Of a stretch of DNA of 64,000 nt, positions 37,464 to 51,779 are shown in pieces (position 1 is the first letter of the stretch; every line of letters starts with the position of its first letter). The position numbers and the translations under genes are program-made. Where the stretch lies: assembly GCA_013239625.1 (NCBI GenBank), contig MU053792.1, positions 1,196,112 through 1,260,111 of the forward strand, given 5' to 3'. Below the pieces are notes generated by a model, which worked only from the letters and a program-made list of their open reading frames with translations, was not told the origin of the DNA and did no database searches. The stretch is from Lama guanicoe (taxonomy: Eukaryota).

Positions 37464-37699
37464 GTAAGTATCTGGAGGCCCGGCCACCCTGGCTGTGTGC
37501 CAGGTTGCTTACCTACGTCCAGAAAGGGATCGGCAAGAAGGGGGGCTGTCTTGTAGCCAAGGGGGGAGGGAGGTGCAGCCCGCCGGTTTTCAGACGTTTA
37601 AAAATGAACCCGCCTTTGATTCAGAGAGATCCTTTTAGGGTTAGTGTGGACACTTAACTCCCCCTTTTCATCTAGGACCCCTGGTGGGACCCCTGGAGT

Positions 37700-38005
37700 T
37701 GCTGTCCAATAGAGTAGCTACAGCCACTGATGCTGGGAGCGCTGGGGAGGAGGCTGGTCTGAGCTGAGATGTGCTATAGGTCAAATGCACATCAGACCCT
37801 GAGACTTGTCTAGAAAAAAAAATATAAACTATCTTGTTACTTTCTATATTGATTACATGTCAGAATGATAGTACTTTACATACAGTAGATAAGTAGGATT
37901 TGTTCTTAAAATCATTTTCAAATGTTTGGGTTTTTTTACCTTTTTAAATGTGGCAACTGGAAAACTTTCTTTGCGTGGCTCGCGTTTCATTCCTGTTGGA
38001 CAGCC
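37700..38005. mobile_element. MER33-like hAT-Charlie MITE
   Basis: Inverted termini gctgtccaatag / ctgttggacagc, with internal tatattgattacatgt. Confidence 0.8.
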
Positions 38006-38629
38006 TGTCCTGGGGCAGTCTCGTCCCTTTGATGTATAGGTGAGGCACTGAATCCTGAGAGCTGGGGGTGGAGCCTGTGTCTCCTCTCCTGCCTCCCAGG
38101 CCCCTCTTCCCTCTAAAATACAGGATGAGGGAGAACTGGTTGAGCTGCTTGCAGTGGGGAGTCTTCTCAGGTGACTCCCTCACCCTGATTCCTGCCACTC
38201 TCCCCCACAGCCCTGCATGGCAGTCCTGCCGAAGCAAGCATGCACTTTGCTCAGAAACGTGCTGAATTTCCTTGTGCCTCCGTTTGTTGGCTTTTTTTTA
38301 AAAGCACATCTTGCCCTTTGCTTAAATGCCATCCCTGCTAGTCACCTCTTACACTCATTCTTCCAGACCTTGTCCATATGTTGCTGCTGAGTGGATGAAC
38401 AGAATATAGTATCTCCATGTAGTGGAGTATTACTCAGACATAAGAATGAATGAAAAAGAAAAAAATGTAAGGGGAAAATGAGAAAGGCCACTTGCTCTGG
38501 GAAGTCCACCCTGACTGCTCAACCCACCCTTTTCCTTAGGAAACCCCACCCCTTGTACTCTTCTCTATTTGATAGTACTTACCACCTTCTACTAAACTAT
38601 AACCTTTAAAAAAAAAAGAGATGCTAATA

Positions 38630-38966
38630 CCCCTTCAACATGGAGGAGCCTTTTTAACAGCATGTTAAATAAAAGGAACCAGACACAAAAGGCCACATAT
38701 TGTTGATTGCAGTGATCTGAAATGCCCAGAATAGGCACATGCAGAGGCAGAGAGCAGGTGATGGTTGCGAGGGGCTGGCTGGAGGGGGAATGAGGAGTGA
38801 CTGCTTATGGACAAGGGGTTTCTTTTGGGGTGATGGAGTGAGTGTTCTAGAAGTAGGTGGTGGTTAGGGCCGCACAACCGAGTATACAGAAAGCTGCTGA
38901 ATCGTACCCCTTTAAGCAGGTGAGTTTTATGGTATGTGAATTATATCTCAATTGAAAAAAAAAAAC
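38630..38966 (+). mobile_element. L1MB-like 3' UTR
   Basis: aaccagacacaaaaggccacatattgt...tttatggtatgtgaattatatctcaat followed by an A tail. Confidence 0.85.
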
Positions 38967-39599
38967 CCTCAGTCAAAGGACAGCCTCTCCTGGGTCTGTC
39001 AGAGTCTCCCTCTGTGCTGGAGCTGCCTGTGACATGATTTTCTCCTGCAGGGACTGTCTCTTGGAGGTGGGAGCAGGAGGCATGGTCTATGTGTCTCCAT
39101 CATCTGGGATGTTGTAGATGTTCCCTAAATGCTTGTTAATAAATGCTGTGGGAGTAAGGACTAAAATAGGGCCCTTTCCTGGAAGAAGCTGACAGCTCAG
39201 AGAGCCTGCCAGCCACTTAACGATAAATACGGGTCAGAATGAAGTAATGAAGTTTTAACAACACGCTGCAGTACACACTAAGTAGAAGAGATTCTTGAAT
39301 GGACTTAAATTTCCTAATCTGGCTTCTTAAAAGAGGAGAGAGAAATAAAAGTGGGAAAGAGAAGAAATCAATGCAAGAGAAAAGAGAAAACAGGTAAAAA
39401 AAAAAAATTAAGCCAGATGAGAAAGGGAAATGATGGGAGCTTGAGTTCATTGTATTGAAAGAGAAGTCTGTAAATTCTTGTGACTGATGGGTGGAGGGTA
39501 GCTGTGAGATGGGGCACTTCTCCAGGATGAGAACCCACCCGGGCCCCTGACCCACATGGTGGTGATGGGCCTGCAGAGGACGGTGCCCTGTGCTCTTGG

Positions 39600-40100
39600 C
39601 GTCTCACCTTCAGTCCATCGGAAATGCACAGTGGAGCTTCCCGGGGGCTCCACGACGTGTGACACCACAACAGACGGAGCGCAGAAGCGGCCTTGGGGAC
39701 GTGGCTCACTTGTTTTGAGCCAGACAGGAAGGAAATTTGTAGAACTGTAAAACGATGCCACTCTTCTGGCATTTTGTTTTGGAAAATAGTTATCCTTTCT
39801 AAAAGTTTAACATGTAATGGGCTTACTATTATTTTAATAGGAATGAATACATACATTTTAAAATCCTTCTCTGTTTTTCTTTTTCTTTTTTTAATGGAGG
39901 TACTGGGATTGAACCCAGGACCTCTTGCATGCTAAGCATGCGCTCTATCCCTGAGCCATTACCCTCTCCCTTAGTTTTATTTTTGAATATAGTAAGTATC
40001 TGTAGGTGTAACCTGCACACACACACAAAAGCACTCTTTGAGATCCTCAGTGATTTCTGAGTGTCAGAGAGTTCTAAGACCAAAAAGTTGGAGGCCCGTG
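39600..40100. mobile_element. hAT-Charlie DNA transposon fragment interrupted by a SINE
   Basis: cacagtggagcttcc...tgtaaaacgatgccactcttct, and ctaagaccaaaaagttggag near the end. Confidence 0.6.
39875..39970 (-). mobile_element. tRNA-derived SINE (Vic-1-like)
   Basis: ggaggtactgggattgaacccaggacctcttgcatgctaagcatgcgctctatccctgagc. Confidence 0.85.
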
Positions 40101-40713
40101 GAGCTAATGAATACAGATGAAGACTAGCACAGCTTGTCAGGCGTGTGGCTGCATAAGGTTAGCCCGGTGGAACTGCCAGTGAGAGGAGAGCAAAAGATTG
40201 CAGTCACTAACTGTGGCCGCCTTTGAGAAGGAGGCAGGCCAGTTAGGTATTTATTCCAGGTGGGGCAGATGCATTTAGGGTGAAGGAGCTGGAAAGGTAT
40301 TCTGGTCCTGCTTCAGGTGGTATTATTTTAAAAGTGTCATTCCAGGCCCTTCCTGCTCCATCCCTCATCCCTCTGCAGTGTCAGCATCTGGCCCAGAGCC
40401 TGCTGCACAGTGCGCACTGGACTCTTGGTTAAATGAAGGACTGGATGGCCTGTTTCACGTGTGGGCTCAGTCCCTCAGTGGAACCCTGAGCATCGTGAGA
40501 TTCTTTGGTGTTGCCAGCCTTGACACGGGCATGCAGAGCAGAAAAGGTGGCATGTTCCTGCTTGTAACAAAACCAGAGATCTGTGGGTTTGATCTTTGAC
40601 GGGAAAATTGGCATTTCCACGTAATCAGACTGTCTAGATCGTTCTTAGTCTCCGCAGTCTTAGCTGAGGATGGCCCCTAACTTTGTTCATTGTACTTTCA
40701 TTTTAACGTCCAG

Positions 40714-40843
40714 CTGCCCCTGAGAGGTTGCGTTTGGCCTCTGTCATCTGTCAACTATCCTGCTGGGACTGGTGGCCAAGCTGGAGCTCGGAGGTTACAG
40801 GGCAGCTCACTTCCTGCTGAGTTAGCCAACAGACATCGCCCAG
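40714..40843 (+). pseudogene. TRAPPC9: TRAPPC9 exon 4 remnant
   Basis: Flanked by cag| and |gtaagc. YPAGTGGQAGARRLQGSSLPAELANRHRP versus recalled [29 protein letters not shown], with a +1 frameshift near 40755. Confidence 0.93.
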
Positions 40844-43004
40844 GTAAGCTCTGCCTGTGCCTCTGTCGTGGGCTTGTTGGCAGTCCTTCAGCAAGCAGGG
40901 GCAATTTATTACTGTCCCCCCTGAGTTAAGTTTGACTAATGTTTAAATAAAGTATAAAATCAGTTGGGTCAAGAATCCTACATGAGACATGTTCTTCTGA
41001 TTTTACTGATATGCATTGATTTTATTGAGTCTTATTGAATGATATTAATGGATTAGAATGATTGGTTCATTTGTGGGACAGGTGCGTAGCATTTCATGGT
41101 AGACCGACCTTGACGTTCTGGGTCCTTTTCATAATTCCTGTGTATTTGGTGAAGTTAATCCCAGACGTCAGTTTTAACAGCTAATTCAGGGCCTGGGGGC
41201 TGTTTCTTTTTTTTCTGGTTAACGAAGTTCTCTTACTGAGTGAAGTTAGATTTAGTTATGTTCGTTACCAGCTGCAGAGAGTAAAAATCTTTGGAGGAGC
41301 TGACCCACAAGTGATCGCTGAATAACTTTGACTCTTTGGGCCCCTAATGAATGAAGTCGCCTTAAATGGTTTAGGACGTAGCTGTCATACCACACAGGTC
41401 GCAAAGGTAATAACAGAATGCGGAGATCCAGGCAGGACACAGGGCTGCCAGGTGTTGTTTGATACATGAGGTTTTTTTTTTTTTTTTTAATAGATTTTTC
41501 CCTCCAAAGAGAAAGCCTATGGTAGTAGATGTGTATTAGATGAGGAAATGCCTTAAATTTCCTTTTCCCTGATTTATACCATCCCCCACCATCAACAAGT
41601 TGTGCAGAGACCACTTTTATAAACCATCAGGGCAGCCGCGCGGTCAGAACCTGAGTGCACTCTTTGTAGATCTGCTTAGATGAATCTGATGGTTCTTGAA
41701 GACAGTTCATCATTCTTCCTCAGACCGTTCTAGTGTTTTCAGTGGGGTCTTGGCTACTGGAGAGGGAAGTAAAGCAGGCTGAGAAGTGATAGAGGAAATC
41801 AGGTCTAGAATGTCTCTGCTCCCCCTTCCCTGGGCTTGATTCTGACCTGAGGTCCCTCCTGTCAGTGTTTATCCCTTGTTGTCGTCCCTGCTGTCCTTGG
41901 AGGAGGTTCTAGCTTTCTAAGTCCTGCGGTCCTCTGCTCTCTCTGGGAGTGCCTGTTGTTGGGGGCGGCTTTATTTTCTTCTCATCCTGCAATGTGAAGA
42001 GTCATCATGTGCTGAGGTCATTCTACTCCTGTGAGTGGTGAGGCTCAGAGACTGCAGAGTCATGTTTCTTTTTTCCCCCTTGCTGAGTGTAGGCAAAAAC
42101 GGTCTACACCTGAGAAAGTGCTCCATCTGCAGAAATGTCTTTCAGTTTTGCAGAGTGTAAAAACCTTGAGGGCTTTTTAATCGTTGAGGGCAGTCTGGGG
42201 GGGGAACAGCCCGCGAAGCCTGGGTGAGACCGGGAAGAGCCGTGCCTCCCTCCCAGACATGGGTGGGGATTTCACCACCGTTCAGGCAGTGAAGGGCCCA
42301 GACCCGTGAGCGGAGTTGACAATCGTGAATATTTATGTGTATCTGCTGCTTCATCTTGGATATTAATTTCAAGCTGAGTCAGTTTGTGGCGGCAGCCTCA
42401 TCCTACAACAGGAATTTATAGTATCTGCTCTTTGAGGTGAAGACCTGACAGACTTGATTATTTAACAGTCTATCTTGAATTGATATCTCAGATTCCTTTG
42501 TCAATAGCAAAACAGCAGAAATACAGACATCCTTTAATGCCGATGTGACCTGCAGCAGGTTTAGTCTCTGTGCCTCAGTGGCCTTATCTGCGTGAGGAGA
42601 AGATGATAACAGTGCTTCTCTCAGATAGTGAGGGGGGAAGTGAGAAACACAAATGGAGGGCTCACATGAGATGCTCATGAATGACCGAATTTAGTGCTCT
42701 CCGCCTGGTGAGGCCTCAGGGGCAGAGATGTCAGAACAGAGCAGTCGTAGCCGGAGCTCGATCCGTGATGGCAGCTGTTATGATCAGTATCACCACTGTG
42801 GGTTATCAGGTAGTTTTAAGACTTGGTAATATGAACTCATGAATAATGTTAAAAGACTAGACATCTCAGATCCGGTTTACATAGTTCTCAAGATTTCCTT
42901 TGAGAAAAGGATGTTTTTTTCCCCAACTTAAATCTGAGTTGAGTCTGCAAAAGAATTCGGTAGTCCTCCATCTTTGTGCTTTAATTCTCCATTTCTTCAA
43001 AAAA

Positions 43005-43093
43005 AAGTTTTTAAATGGAGGTACTGGGGACTGAACTGAGGGCCTCATGCATGCTAAGCACGTGCTCTCCCAACTGAGGTGTAATCTCCCCCC
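43005..43093 (-). mobile_element. tRNA-derived SINE (Vic-1-like)
   Basis: ggaggtactggggactgaactgagggcctcatgcatgctaagcacgtgctct. Confidence 0.8.
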
Positions 43094-45014
43094 TAATCTT
43101 TCTTAACTTTACTTTCTTAGTATTCAGAGGTTAGAGGCCTCTTACTCTTTTTCTGGAGACTTGTCCATGAACCTGGAAGTCTATAATTAATCGACAAAAC
43201 TTGGTTTATTAAAACAGTCAATAGAACATTCTGCAGTCCATGCAAAGGAAATGCTCATTGACTTAAAATATTTCTCCTTTATGGTGATTTGTACTTTTTG
43301 GTCTAGCTTAATTTATTAACAGCCATCCTCATCATCATAATGACTAAGTTTGCTCTGAGTGAGTGGGAAGCTACCAAAGGCTAAAATGCTTTCCTTATGT
43401 TTTACTTCATAGCAGGGGTTCGAGGGTAGGTGTCAGTGTCTACTTTCTTGCAGCTGAGGGATTGAGAGATGGGGCAGCTTGTCCCAAATCACATGCAGCT
43501 GGTGGTGGCAGGCTCAGGGCTGGAGCCCAGGCTGCATAGGATGCATTCTCAATTGCTCCTCTAATCAGCTTCCCATTGAGTGGTTTCCCAAACTCCTGTG
43601 AGCCAATAAATGACTGATTTTAGTGATCTCAGCCTGATGAGGCCTTCAGAGGAGACACCAGTGAGAATGTGAGACAGAGTGGCATAAATTAAAATTGTAT
43701 ATTTTCACAAATGTTTTATTCTCAGCTAATGACTTAAAAATTAGTATTTTTTATTCTAGTGTTCTGTAAGCACTAAAAACAAAATACTAAAAATGATTAT
43801 AATACAAAACAGAAGTGGGCTTTGAAAGTCCAGCCACTGCTAATGACTCATTGCTTGTTTTTCTCTAGTGGTACTTACTGAGAGAAAAGTTTACAAAGAC
43901 TGAATTGATTTTATGTAGTCTTAGTATGGAAGAAAAGGTTGTCAGTGAATATTGAAAGTAAAATCTTTACTCTTCTTTAATGATAATGATATGTAAGTTG
44001 TTCTTCATGGCTTAAGTGCATTTTCTCATTTGTGAAATCTGAGTAATGCCGTTTACCGTCCGACTGTGAGAGTTAGATGCCTTGTATACAAAGCACCCAA
44101 GAGGTGCTCAATAAAAATGTGCTGTCACAGTGACAGTTTAGAAGGATCAACTCTGAATACTAAAGAGGGTGGCTTATTTCTGGTGCATATTCAATATGTA
44201 TATATATGAATATATGAATATATGAATATGACTTAAAGTAACAAGGATTCAGTTTTTTTAAGTGCAGTATGAAGTTTTGATGAAATCAGTGTCATTCTAG
44301 TAACATAGGGACTAGTTAAATTGCCTTAAGCAGACGACCTTGAAGATTATTTACACAGAATGTGTATTTTTACAATGTGTGTTTTGCCATGTAACTATTC
44401 TAGATTAAATTCATAGGAATCTGACCAGAACCATTAAGTTTAGAAAAATCAACATTGATTCTTTTCAGGGAATAAGCTTATCTCTTTTGTGATTGAAGAA
44501 AATTTTGATTTTTTTCTGCATTCTTAATATGTTTTAAAATATCAAAACATTGATTTGATATGTCACTTTTTAAATAGAATAAAGCTCATGCTGTTCTAAT
44601 ATGTAAATAAATGTTTTTGCATTTCAACAAAATTGTATGATTTCCTGACTCTTTGGGAAGTATTTTGGAAGACACTTAGATTACCTACTGTTGGAAAAAT
44701 GCAGAAGTGACTTCTATGAATATAGGCCTAGTACAGATCTGTTGGTTTTTGACAGAGTGCAAGACATGAGGACTAGGAGAGCTTTGCTGCTGATTGCCAG
44801 GACAGATCCCGGGTCTCAGTCTCCCCTCCTATAAAGTGAAGAGGCTGGACTGGATTCTTTCCTCTTCTAAGATGAGTTTCCAGGAGCCTTTGTCTTTTGT
44901 TTATATTCAGGAGTATTAACAATTTCAAATTAAATACTGAATACCACTCTCTTCCCCGAAGCAGAATTCAGTATGTGATAGATAAGCTTTCAGTTATCTG
45001 ATTCTTGTTTCTTT

Positions 45015-45640
45015 CTTTTTAAAATTTTATTGAATTACAGTTACTTTACAATGTTGTGTGAATATCCAGTGTAGAGCAAAATTTTTTAGTTATACATGAA
45101 CATACATAGATTCATTGTTGCATTCTTTTTCACCATGAGCTACCAGAAGATCTTGTATCTATTTCCCTGTGCTATACAGTATAATCTTGTTTATCTATTC
45201 CATATATACCTGTCAGTATCTACAAATTTCGAACTCCCCATCTGTCCCTTTCCACCTGCTGTCCCCCCTGGCAACCACAGGTTTGTATTCTATGTCTGTG
45301 TGTTTCTGTTTGTATTTATGTTCATTTGTCCTTTTCTTTTTTAAATGCCACATATGAGTGATCTCATGGTATTTTTCTTTCTCTTTCTGGGTTACTCCAC
45401 TTAGAATGACATTCTCCAGGAGCATCCATGTTGCTGCAAATGGCGTTATGTTGTCGGTTTTTATGGCTGAGTAGTATTCCATTGTATAAATATACCACTT
45501 CTTTATCCAGTCACCTGTTGATGGACATTTAGGCTGTTCCCATGTCTTGGCTATTGTAAATAATGCTGCTATGAACATTGGGGTGCAGGTGTCATCCTGA
45601 AGTAGGGTTCCTTCTGGACATAAGCCCAAGAGCAGGATTC
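45015..45640 (-). mobile_element. Young L1 3' fragment (same family as 59064-60367)
   Basis: ORF 45213..45629(-) [31 protein letters not shown] is the L1 ORF2 C-terminus. High similarity to 59080-59680. Confidence 0.95.
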
Positions 45641-47099
45641 TACAGGCAGTCTTTGTGTTGCATGTTTCCTGGCAACCTGGAAAGCCTTTTTAGCCATAGG
45701 TGGTGCCGTTGCACCTTCTTACAGTCTGAATGTTCCTGTTTGTAAAAGAAGGCTTAGACGACGTTATATTTTGATTCCTTTGTTTAATGCTTCAGGATAG
45801 CACGATGTCCGTTATGTCTGTCTACCTGGAAAAATTATTCTGTCATCTTGCTGTGAACATTTCAGACTTGCTGTGCAAACAATGGCAAAATTGGACTTTT
45901 CTTCCAGTGTTAGAAACCAGTGAGGCAGAATTTTATAAAACGGCTAGAAGCGGCCTCTGGAGCGCCTTAAAGCTGAAAAGTGTACTGAGTTCCCTGAGTA
46001 TTGACCCCGCCGCTGTGTGTTAATTGGTGGTAGGAGATTTGGTACATAATATACGAAGGAGTTTTTTGACTTGGGTTTGCGTGCACGCGCTGCCACTGAG
46101 CCACGTGACCCTGAGTCAGTTCGTTCTGAGTTTTTCCCTCATCTGTGAGATGGGGACACTCATATCTGCTTTGTAGAATTGTGAGAATTAGAAATTATGT
46201 AGTGTTTAGCACAGTGGGTATCTCAAGAGGGCTCATAAACTTCAGCTCCTGTTTTGTGTGAAGCCATCATTTTATAATCTTTAGCAATTGCTAAGAAACA
46301 GGAAAATAAGAAAAGCTGGTTTTATGATGAAAGATATTTGAGAAGTTTCCATAGTTCCTATACCCATAATTTAGCATCAGCAGAGTCAGGACCGTTACAC
46401 AGTCACCCTGAACCAACGTTAAGCCACAGAATGTTTTGTTAGTTCATATATGTTGGGGCTTAAGGGGATCCAATACTTATATACATGTTTTCTCCTGCAG
46501 CCAACTGAGAGATGACACAGAAGAGCAGGCAGGTGATAAATGTCTCCTTTATTACTGATAGAGCCACGTTCTCCATGAAATTCAGGGATGTGGGAGAGTG
46601 GGTATCATGATACTGTGTCCCAGAAGTAGAGACTCACCTTGTCCTATGTAGCTCTGGGCCACAGTGAGCCTTCCCTTGAGAGGATCTGCCCCATCATGCA
46701 CAGGGCTGTCCTGCCATGGAGCTGAGCATCCTGGCTGCTTCCCAAGGGTGGCCAACACTGGAGGGAAAGGAAGGGTTTCACATGCCCTGCTTGTCTCCCT
46801 GGACTCACACCTCACTCTGTTAGTGTGACGAGGGCTAGCTGTGGGCCAGGGGTCAGGGGTGTGAGGGGAGAAGCACTCTCCATGGCCCAGAGGAGTGGGA
46901 GGAGGCATCCCCTCCCGCAGTTTAAACAGGTGGTGGTGGGATGGAAGAGAAGGGTGCTCCCCAAGAGTTTATAAAAGGAGAAATAAGGATTTCCTTTGGG
47001 ACTTGGACTAGCCAGGAAACACAAGATGATTAGAAGGGAGACTTGTAAGTCACTTTCATATTAAGTTAACATTTGTTGACCAAAAATGTGCTACATTCT

Positions 47100-47295
47100 T
47101 TTCTGAGCGTTTGTATTACAGAAACGAATCCTTCACTCTTCAGAACAAGTGAGTAAGGAAGGTTTGATTGTTATCCCAGGTTTACAGATGTAGGAATTGA
47201 GGCACAGAGGGTAAGTAAGTTGGCCAAGGTCACAGAGCTAGTAAGTGGCAGAGCTGGGATTTAAACCCTGGCTGTCTGGTTTTCAGGTTCCCAGA
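47100..47295 (-). mobile_element. MIR SINE (one of many MIR fragments in the window)
   Basis: tttacagatgtaggaattgaggcacagagggtaagtaagttggccaaggtcacagagctagtaagtggcagagctgggattt. Confidence 0.85.
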
Positions 47296-48724
47296 AATGG
47301 GCTTTGGGTGTTTGGAGGTATCTGCGTACCTGGTGGATCTCTGTACCTCTGTGCATCAGTTAGCCCAGAAAGGACAGGGGAAGGAGCATTACACAGGTGC
47401 TCACAGTCGTGTCTCGGCCTCTGTCCACGAAGAGTGCACCATGATTAGCATTGTTTTCCAGGCAGCAGGTCTGTTCGTATAACAGAAATTTAGCCCATTG
47501 AGTTAATCAAGAAACCCTTCCTGCTCTGCTTCTGTCCACGCTTGCCATGTGACTGCCTGCCCGTGACTGGGCCGTTGAGAAAATGTACTGATGGTTGAAC
47601 TCTGATATTTCAGTCTGGTTCATAGTTTCATGTCTCCTGTTACATTAATAAGTTAAACTTCTGGTTTTCTTGCATCAGTCTCTCATAAGTTTGGTTAATG
47701 TGAAACCAGTCCATGGGAGCCCAGGGGTGCTGATGGTATAATTTCTGAGCATGTTGTGGCACTTCTATCCGTGCACACCTGGCTGGAGGATGTACCCCTT
47801 CCTCACTGATTTCTCTCGACAGCAGCGTCCTCTCCCACCCCCGGATGTGAGGCTGGGAGCTCTCTGAGTAGGCCAGTCAGAGACCAAGTCCACCAATCAG
47901 AAAATGAAGTACCTAGAAGTGGGTTTAATAGAAGAAAAGGGCGTCCAGGTAGTCTGATGGGCTGTTCAAGTCCGTTTGGTGAAAAGCTGTCCGTTTGGTG
48001 AAAAGCTGTCCACTTTGTGGTTGAGCTGCTGCTTCGCTGTTGAGAAGACTGGATTAGATGAAGGGAGTTTAAAAGGCAGAAAGGGGTAATTTCAGGTGGT
48101 ACATCCACACCGGTGAGAAGTGATGGATGACCCGCCTGTGTGAGGCATAGACAGAGTCTCACAAACTTCATCAAACAGCTTTAAAAACTCTGCCATCTGA
48201 GAGCACTTCATATGGGGTCCAGTTCATCACTGGTCGCGCTGAGAGGGCAAGTAACTGATGATGGCAGAAAGGACACGGAGGCATCAAAAAGGTCTCAGTC
48301 ATGTTCCCTGTTTAAAGGATATGGCACAGTGTAACACATTTGAGGCAGTTTTTCACTGAAATTTTGAGTGTTTTCTGGGAATTCTCAGTCCCCAGGGTTC
48401 CATGCAGCTGGGTGTCCCCTCAGTGCAGCTCTGTCAGCGCTTGCCCTGGGCTGACGCGGTGTCACGGGGAGCAGGACGGTCAGCGACCCTGGCTCCTCCG
48501 AGCTCCGTCTCCTCATCCGCAGAGCCGGGTTTCTCATCCGTGTCTACTTAGTAGGGTTGCTGAGAATCACACGTGATGGTGTCAGGTCTGATTTGTGGTT
48601 GTCCCTGTGTTTGGCATGTAGTCAGTATTTGATAGAAAACAATTGTTTTTTATTATAATCTTGGCTCCTAGATTGCAGTGGTTTTTAGTCTGCATTTATT
48701 TTTTATAATTATTTTTTATAAGCA

Positions 48725-48819
48725 CTTATTTTTATTTATTTTTTTGGAGGTACTGGGGATTGAAGCCAGGACCTTGTGCATGCTAAGCAGCTGTTCTACC
48801 ACTGAGCTATACCCTCTCC
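48725..48819 (-). mobile_element. tRNA-derived SINE (Vic-1-like)
   Basis: ggaggtactggggattgaagccaggaccttgtgcatgctaagc...ctaccactgagctataccct. Confidence 0.85.
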
Positions 48820-49699
48820 TTGTCTGCACTTAGAAGTGGACATTGCAATACACAAAATAGCTCTTAAGCACCATCATGGGACCTAGTCTTGTATAGACAA
48901 TTGAACACGTATGCTACTTCAGTAAGAATAAATGTTGTTGGGACATATCATTCTGAATCTGTTAACGTGTTTAAAAATGATCGTAGCTAGTGATAAACAC
49001 GAGTCTTGGGTCCAGTACTTCTTAGGGTCTGTTTGGCCATCATGGGAAATTACATTCTACAGAGAAGGCTAATTGGGTCTCTTGATTTTGGATGGTTCAG
49101 CAGATGATCAAGGCTTTTAAAAGCTCCTTGATAATAATGAAGTTGACTGTTTCATATTTTAAACTAACTACCAAGTTATCTTCCAAAAGTTGGAAGTCGT
49201 TAGCTTGTGAAGTGCCCAGTAATTCAGTGTGTCTGTGTGTCTATGTCTGTGAACGTGTGTGTGTGTGTGATTTCAGGAAGGTGGAAATAAGTTCCACGTA
49301 GCCTCCTGGTACCTTTCTCCTCCAGTTCAGGGTGTAGGCATATATTTACATGAATAAATTGATATTCTTTTGTCATTTAGCGTATTGGTGGGAATAAGAG
49401 GCTCTCATACTTATTTCAGAAGTGTTGGCGAGCATGAGCTTAGAAAGTGGGAGGGGAAAGGCAGGGAGGCACTTCACACTTTGTGCAGGATGTGAGAAAC
49501 AGTAGCTTTTCTTTTCTCTTTCCTTCTAAAGCAAACTGGCACTGAATTGTAACATACTATTTACTCAGAATTGCTTTTCTGATCAGATACAAGTGCCTCA
49601 GATTTTCAAGGCAACGTGAATGATGAAATGTGTTTTAGCAGTTATCTTCAAAAGTAGTTTTATTTTTCAAGTAAATGACTGGCCTGTTCTTTCTTCCAG

Positions 49700-49726
49700 C
49701 GGTACAAGAAGTTCTCATTGATCCAG
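49700..49726 (+). pseudogene. TRAPPC9: TRAPPC9 27-nt microexon (exon 5)
   Basis: ttctttcttccag|cggtacaagaagttctcattgatccag|gtacgt encodes (A)VQEVLIDP(G) versus recalled (G)AQEVLIDP(G). Confidence 0.92.
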
Positions 49727-51779
49727 GTACGTGATCTATGTGTTTAGTTTCTTTGGGTTATTTTTTAAGTGCTTGTATCATTGTGGTTTGAATGAATGTT
49801 TAAAATTTCTGGATTTTGATGTTTAGAACATGCTGATTTATCAGAACTGTTAAAAACCTGATTGTTGTTTGGTCCTTGTTTGGTGGGGCACCCTATTGAT
49901 TTATGTTGTCTGTTAAAGAGGGAAATTCTTCCTCTAGCCTGCGGATCATTAAGTGAATGGTTTGCAGTGTGCCTTTAAAATTCTTGAATGCATTTAGCAT
50001 GCTTGTCCAGTAAATTTTGAGTTGACTCATAGTAATGACTTTGCTCTGATTCCATGGCTTTTGCTCCTCTCCACGTGAATTTGAATTCTCTGTTGCATTT
50101 CGTATACGTGTTCTTAATGGGGGAAGAAATTTTGCTTTTTTAAGAGAGGTGGGTTTTCTTATGCCCTCTGAATGCCTTCTGTAATTAATACAGCAAAAAT
50201 CTCTTATTGCAGTGCTTAATTATCTCATAATGAGCTCTGTTACTTTTTGGCTTAATCAGAAATGACAAAGAGTGATAATAAAATACAAAAACCTTCCTTC
50301 CTTTGAAGAATAGAAATCAGGTGGTCAGGCTCATGCATGCTTTGTGCCTGACACACTTACTTTCATGTCATTGTGTATCATGATTCTGAGACAGAGTTGC
50401 TTCAGGTTTGTAGATTTTTGTTTTAACATTTGTGTTGAATTCTTTCTCTAGGTTGATGTTTCCTGTTGGGTTTGTGGAAAGTGTAGAGGAAGGGAAACAA
50501 ATGCTTTGTTTTGTTTTCTGGAGGCCTGAGTTGCTGATGAGAAAAGAGTTGAGCATGAGCTGAGGAACAGAGTGACACTCCCTCTCCTCCTGGCTGAAAT
50601 TGATGAACAACGAAATCAATTAAGTGTATTGGTATTTGACCAATAGAAGTCAGAGAGCCCAGACTGGCTAGTTATGCCCAATGGAAAGTACTGAATTCAC
50701 CTGCAGGAGAATTAGGTGCTTTACCAAGTAGAAGCAGCTTAGAGCAATCAGAAAAATCAGTCCTGTGATGAGATATAAAAAGAATATAGTATCTTTTATT
50801 TCTGAAACGTTCCTACGTTAGGTTGTGTAGAGCTAAAATTAAGTTTCAAGAACCAGGAGTTAAAGAGTGTGGGTGGTTCTGTGGGATCGTTACTCAGGGA
50901 GGTGTCTAGACCCTGCTGGAGGGGTTGAAGCTGGCAGGAAAGGACCCAGAGCCAGGGTTTGTCATCCCAGGGTGTCCTCCATAATGGTTCCAGCTGAGAA
51001 GGATGCAGGCTTGATCTCTCCTACCTGAGGGAGAGCGAGGGGAGAATTGAGATCTGCTCCCCCGTGGTCCCTTCCTTCCCCAGGGCCACTCCAGTTCACC
51101 TGCAGCCTTCTGGCCTCTGCTCACAGGGCCTCTGTCCTGGGACTGACTGCAGCCTTTTCTTCCCTTGTCAACATTTCCTGTGCCTTTCAGAAGTTGGTGT
51201 CTTCTCTGCAATTCAACCCTGGCAGATGGTGATGGTGGTCAGTGTGCTGGTGGGCAGTCAGCTGGGGACTCCCAGGAGCCATGCTGATTCTCCTGAGTCT
51301 CTCATTTGGGGTTATAGAACTGCCGAGCACCAGAGGAAGCCCGTTCATGTGAGGTCAGCACAGCATCGCATCACTTTCATTTTATTTTTGAATTTTCAGT
51401 GGAGGAATTATTTGTAGCAAACTGTTCCAGATTTTCTGCCGCCTGATTTCCTTACCACTGTCTCCTTGTTGGCTCCGGTGCTTGTTTTAAGAACCAGGTT
51501 TCTTCTCTGGTCATTTCTAGCAGCTGGGCTTGCCCAATCCTTGATCTGCATTTGAAGCAATGCTTTTCTTTTTCGTGATGTCCAACTGGTTTTCCTTGTC
51601 GTTTCTGAGTATTTCGTGTACACTCGGCAACTGTTTCAAGTGAAATGCCCTTGTCCAGTTTCAGTTAACTCACATTTGCTGATCTGCTGCTTTCATGCTG
51701 AGGGCAGTTTCTTCTTCCTGTAATAAAAGTTAGCAATTAGCATTTACTATGGGAAGGTACTGGCCCGAGGTGCTTTTGT

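Noticed and set aside
36770..48819. tRNA genes at the four tRNA-like segments
   Set aside because: Diverged copies with A-rich tails, i.e. SINEs.
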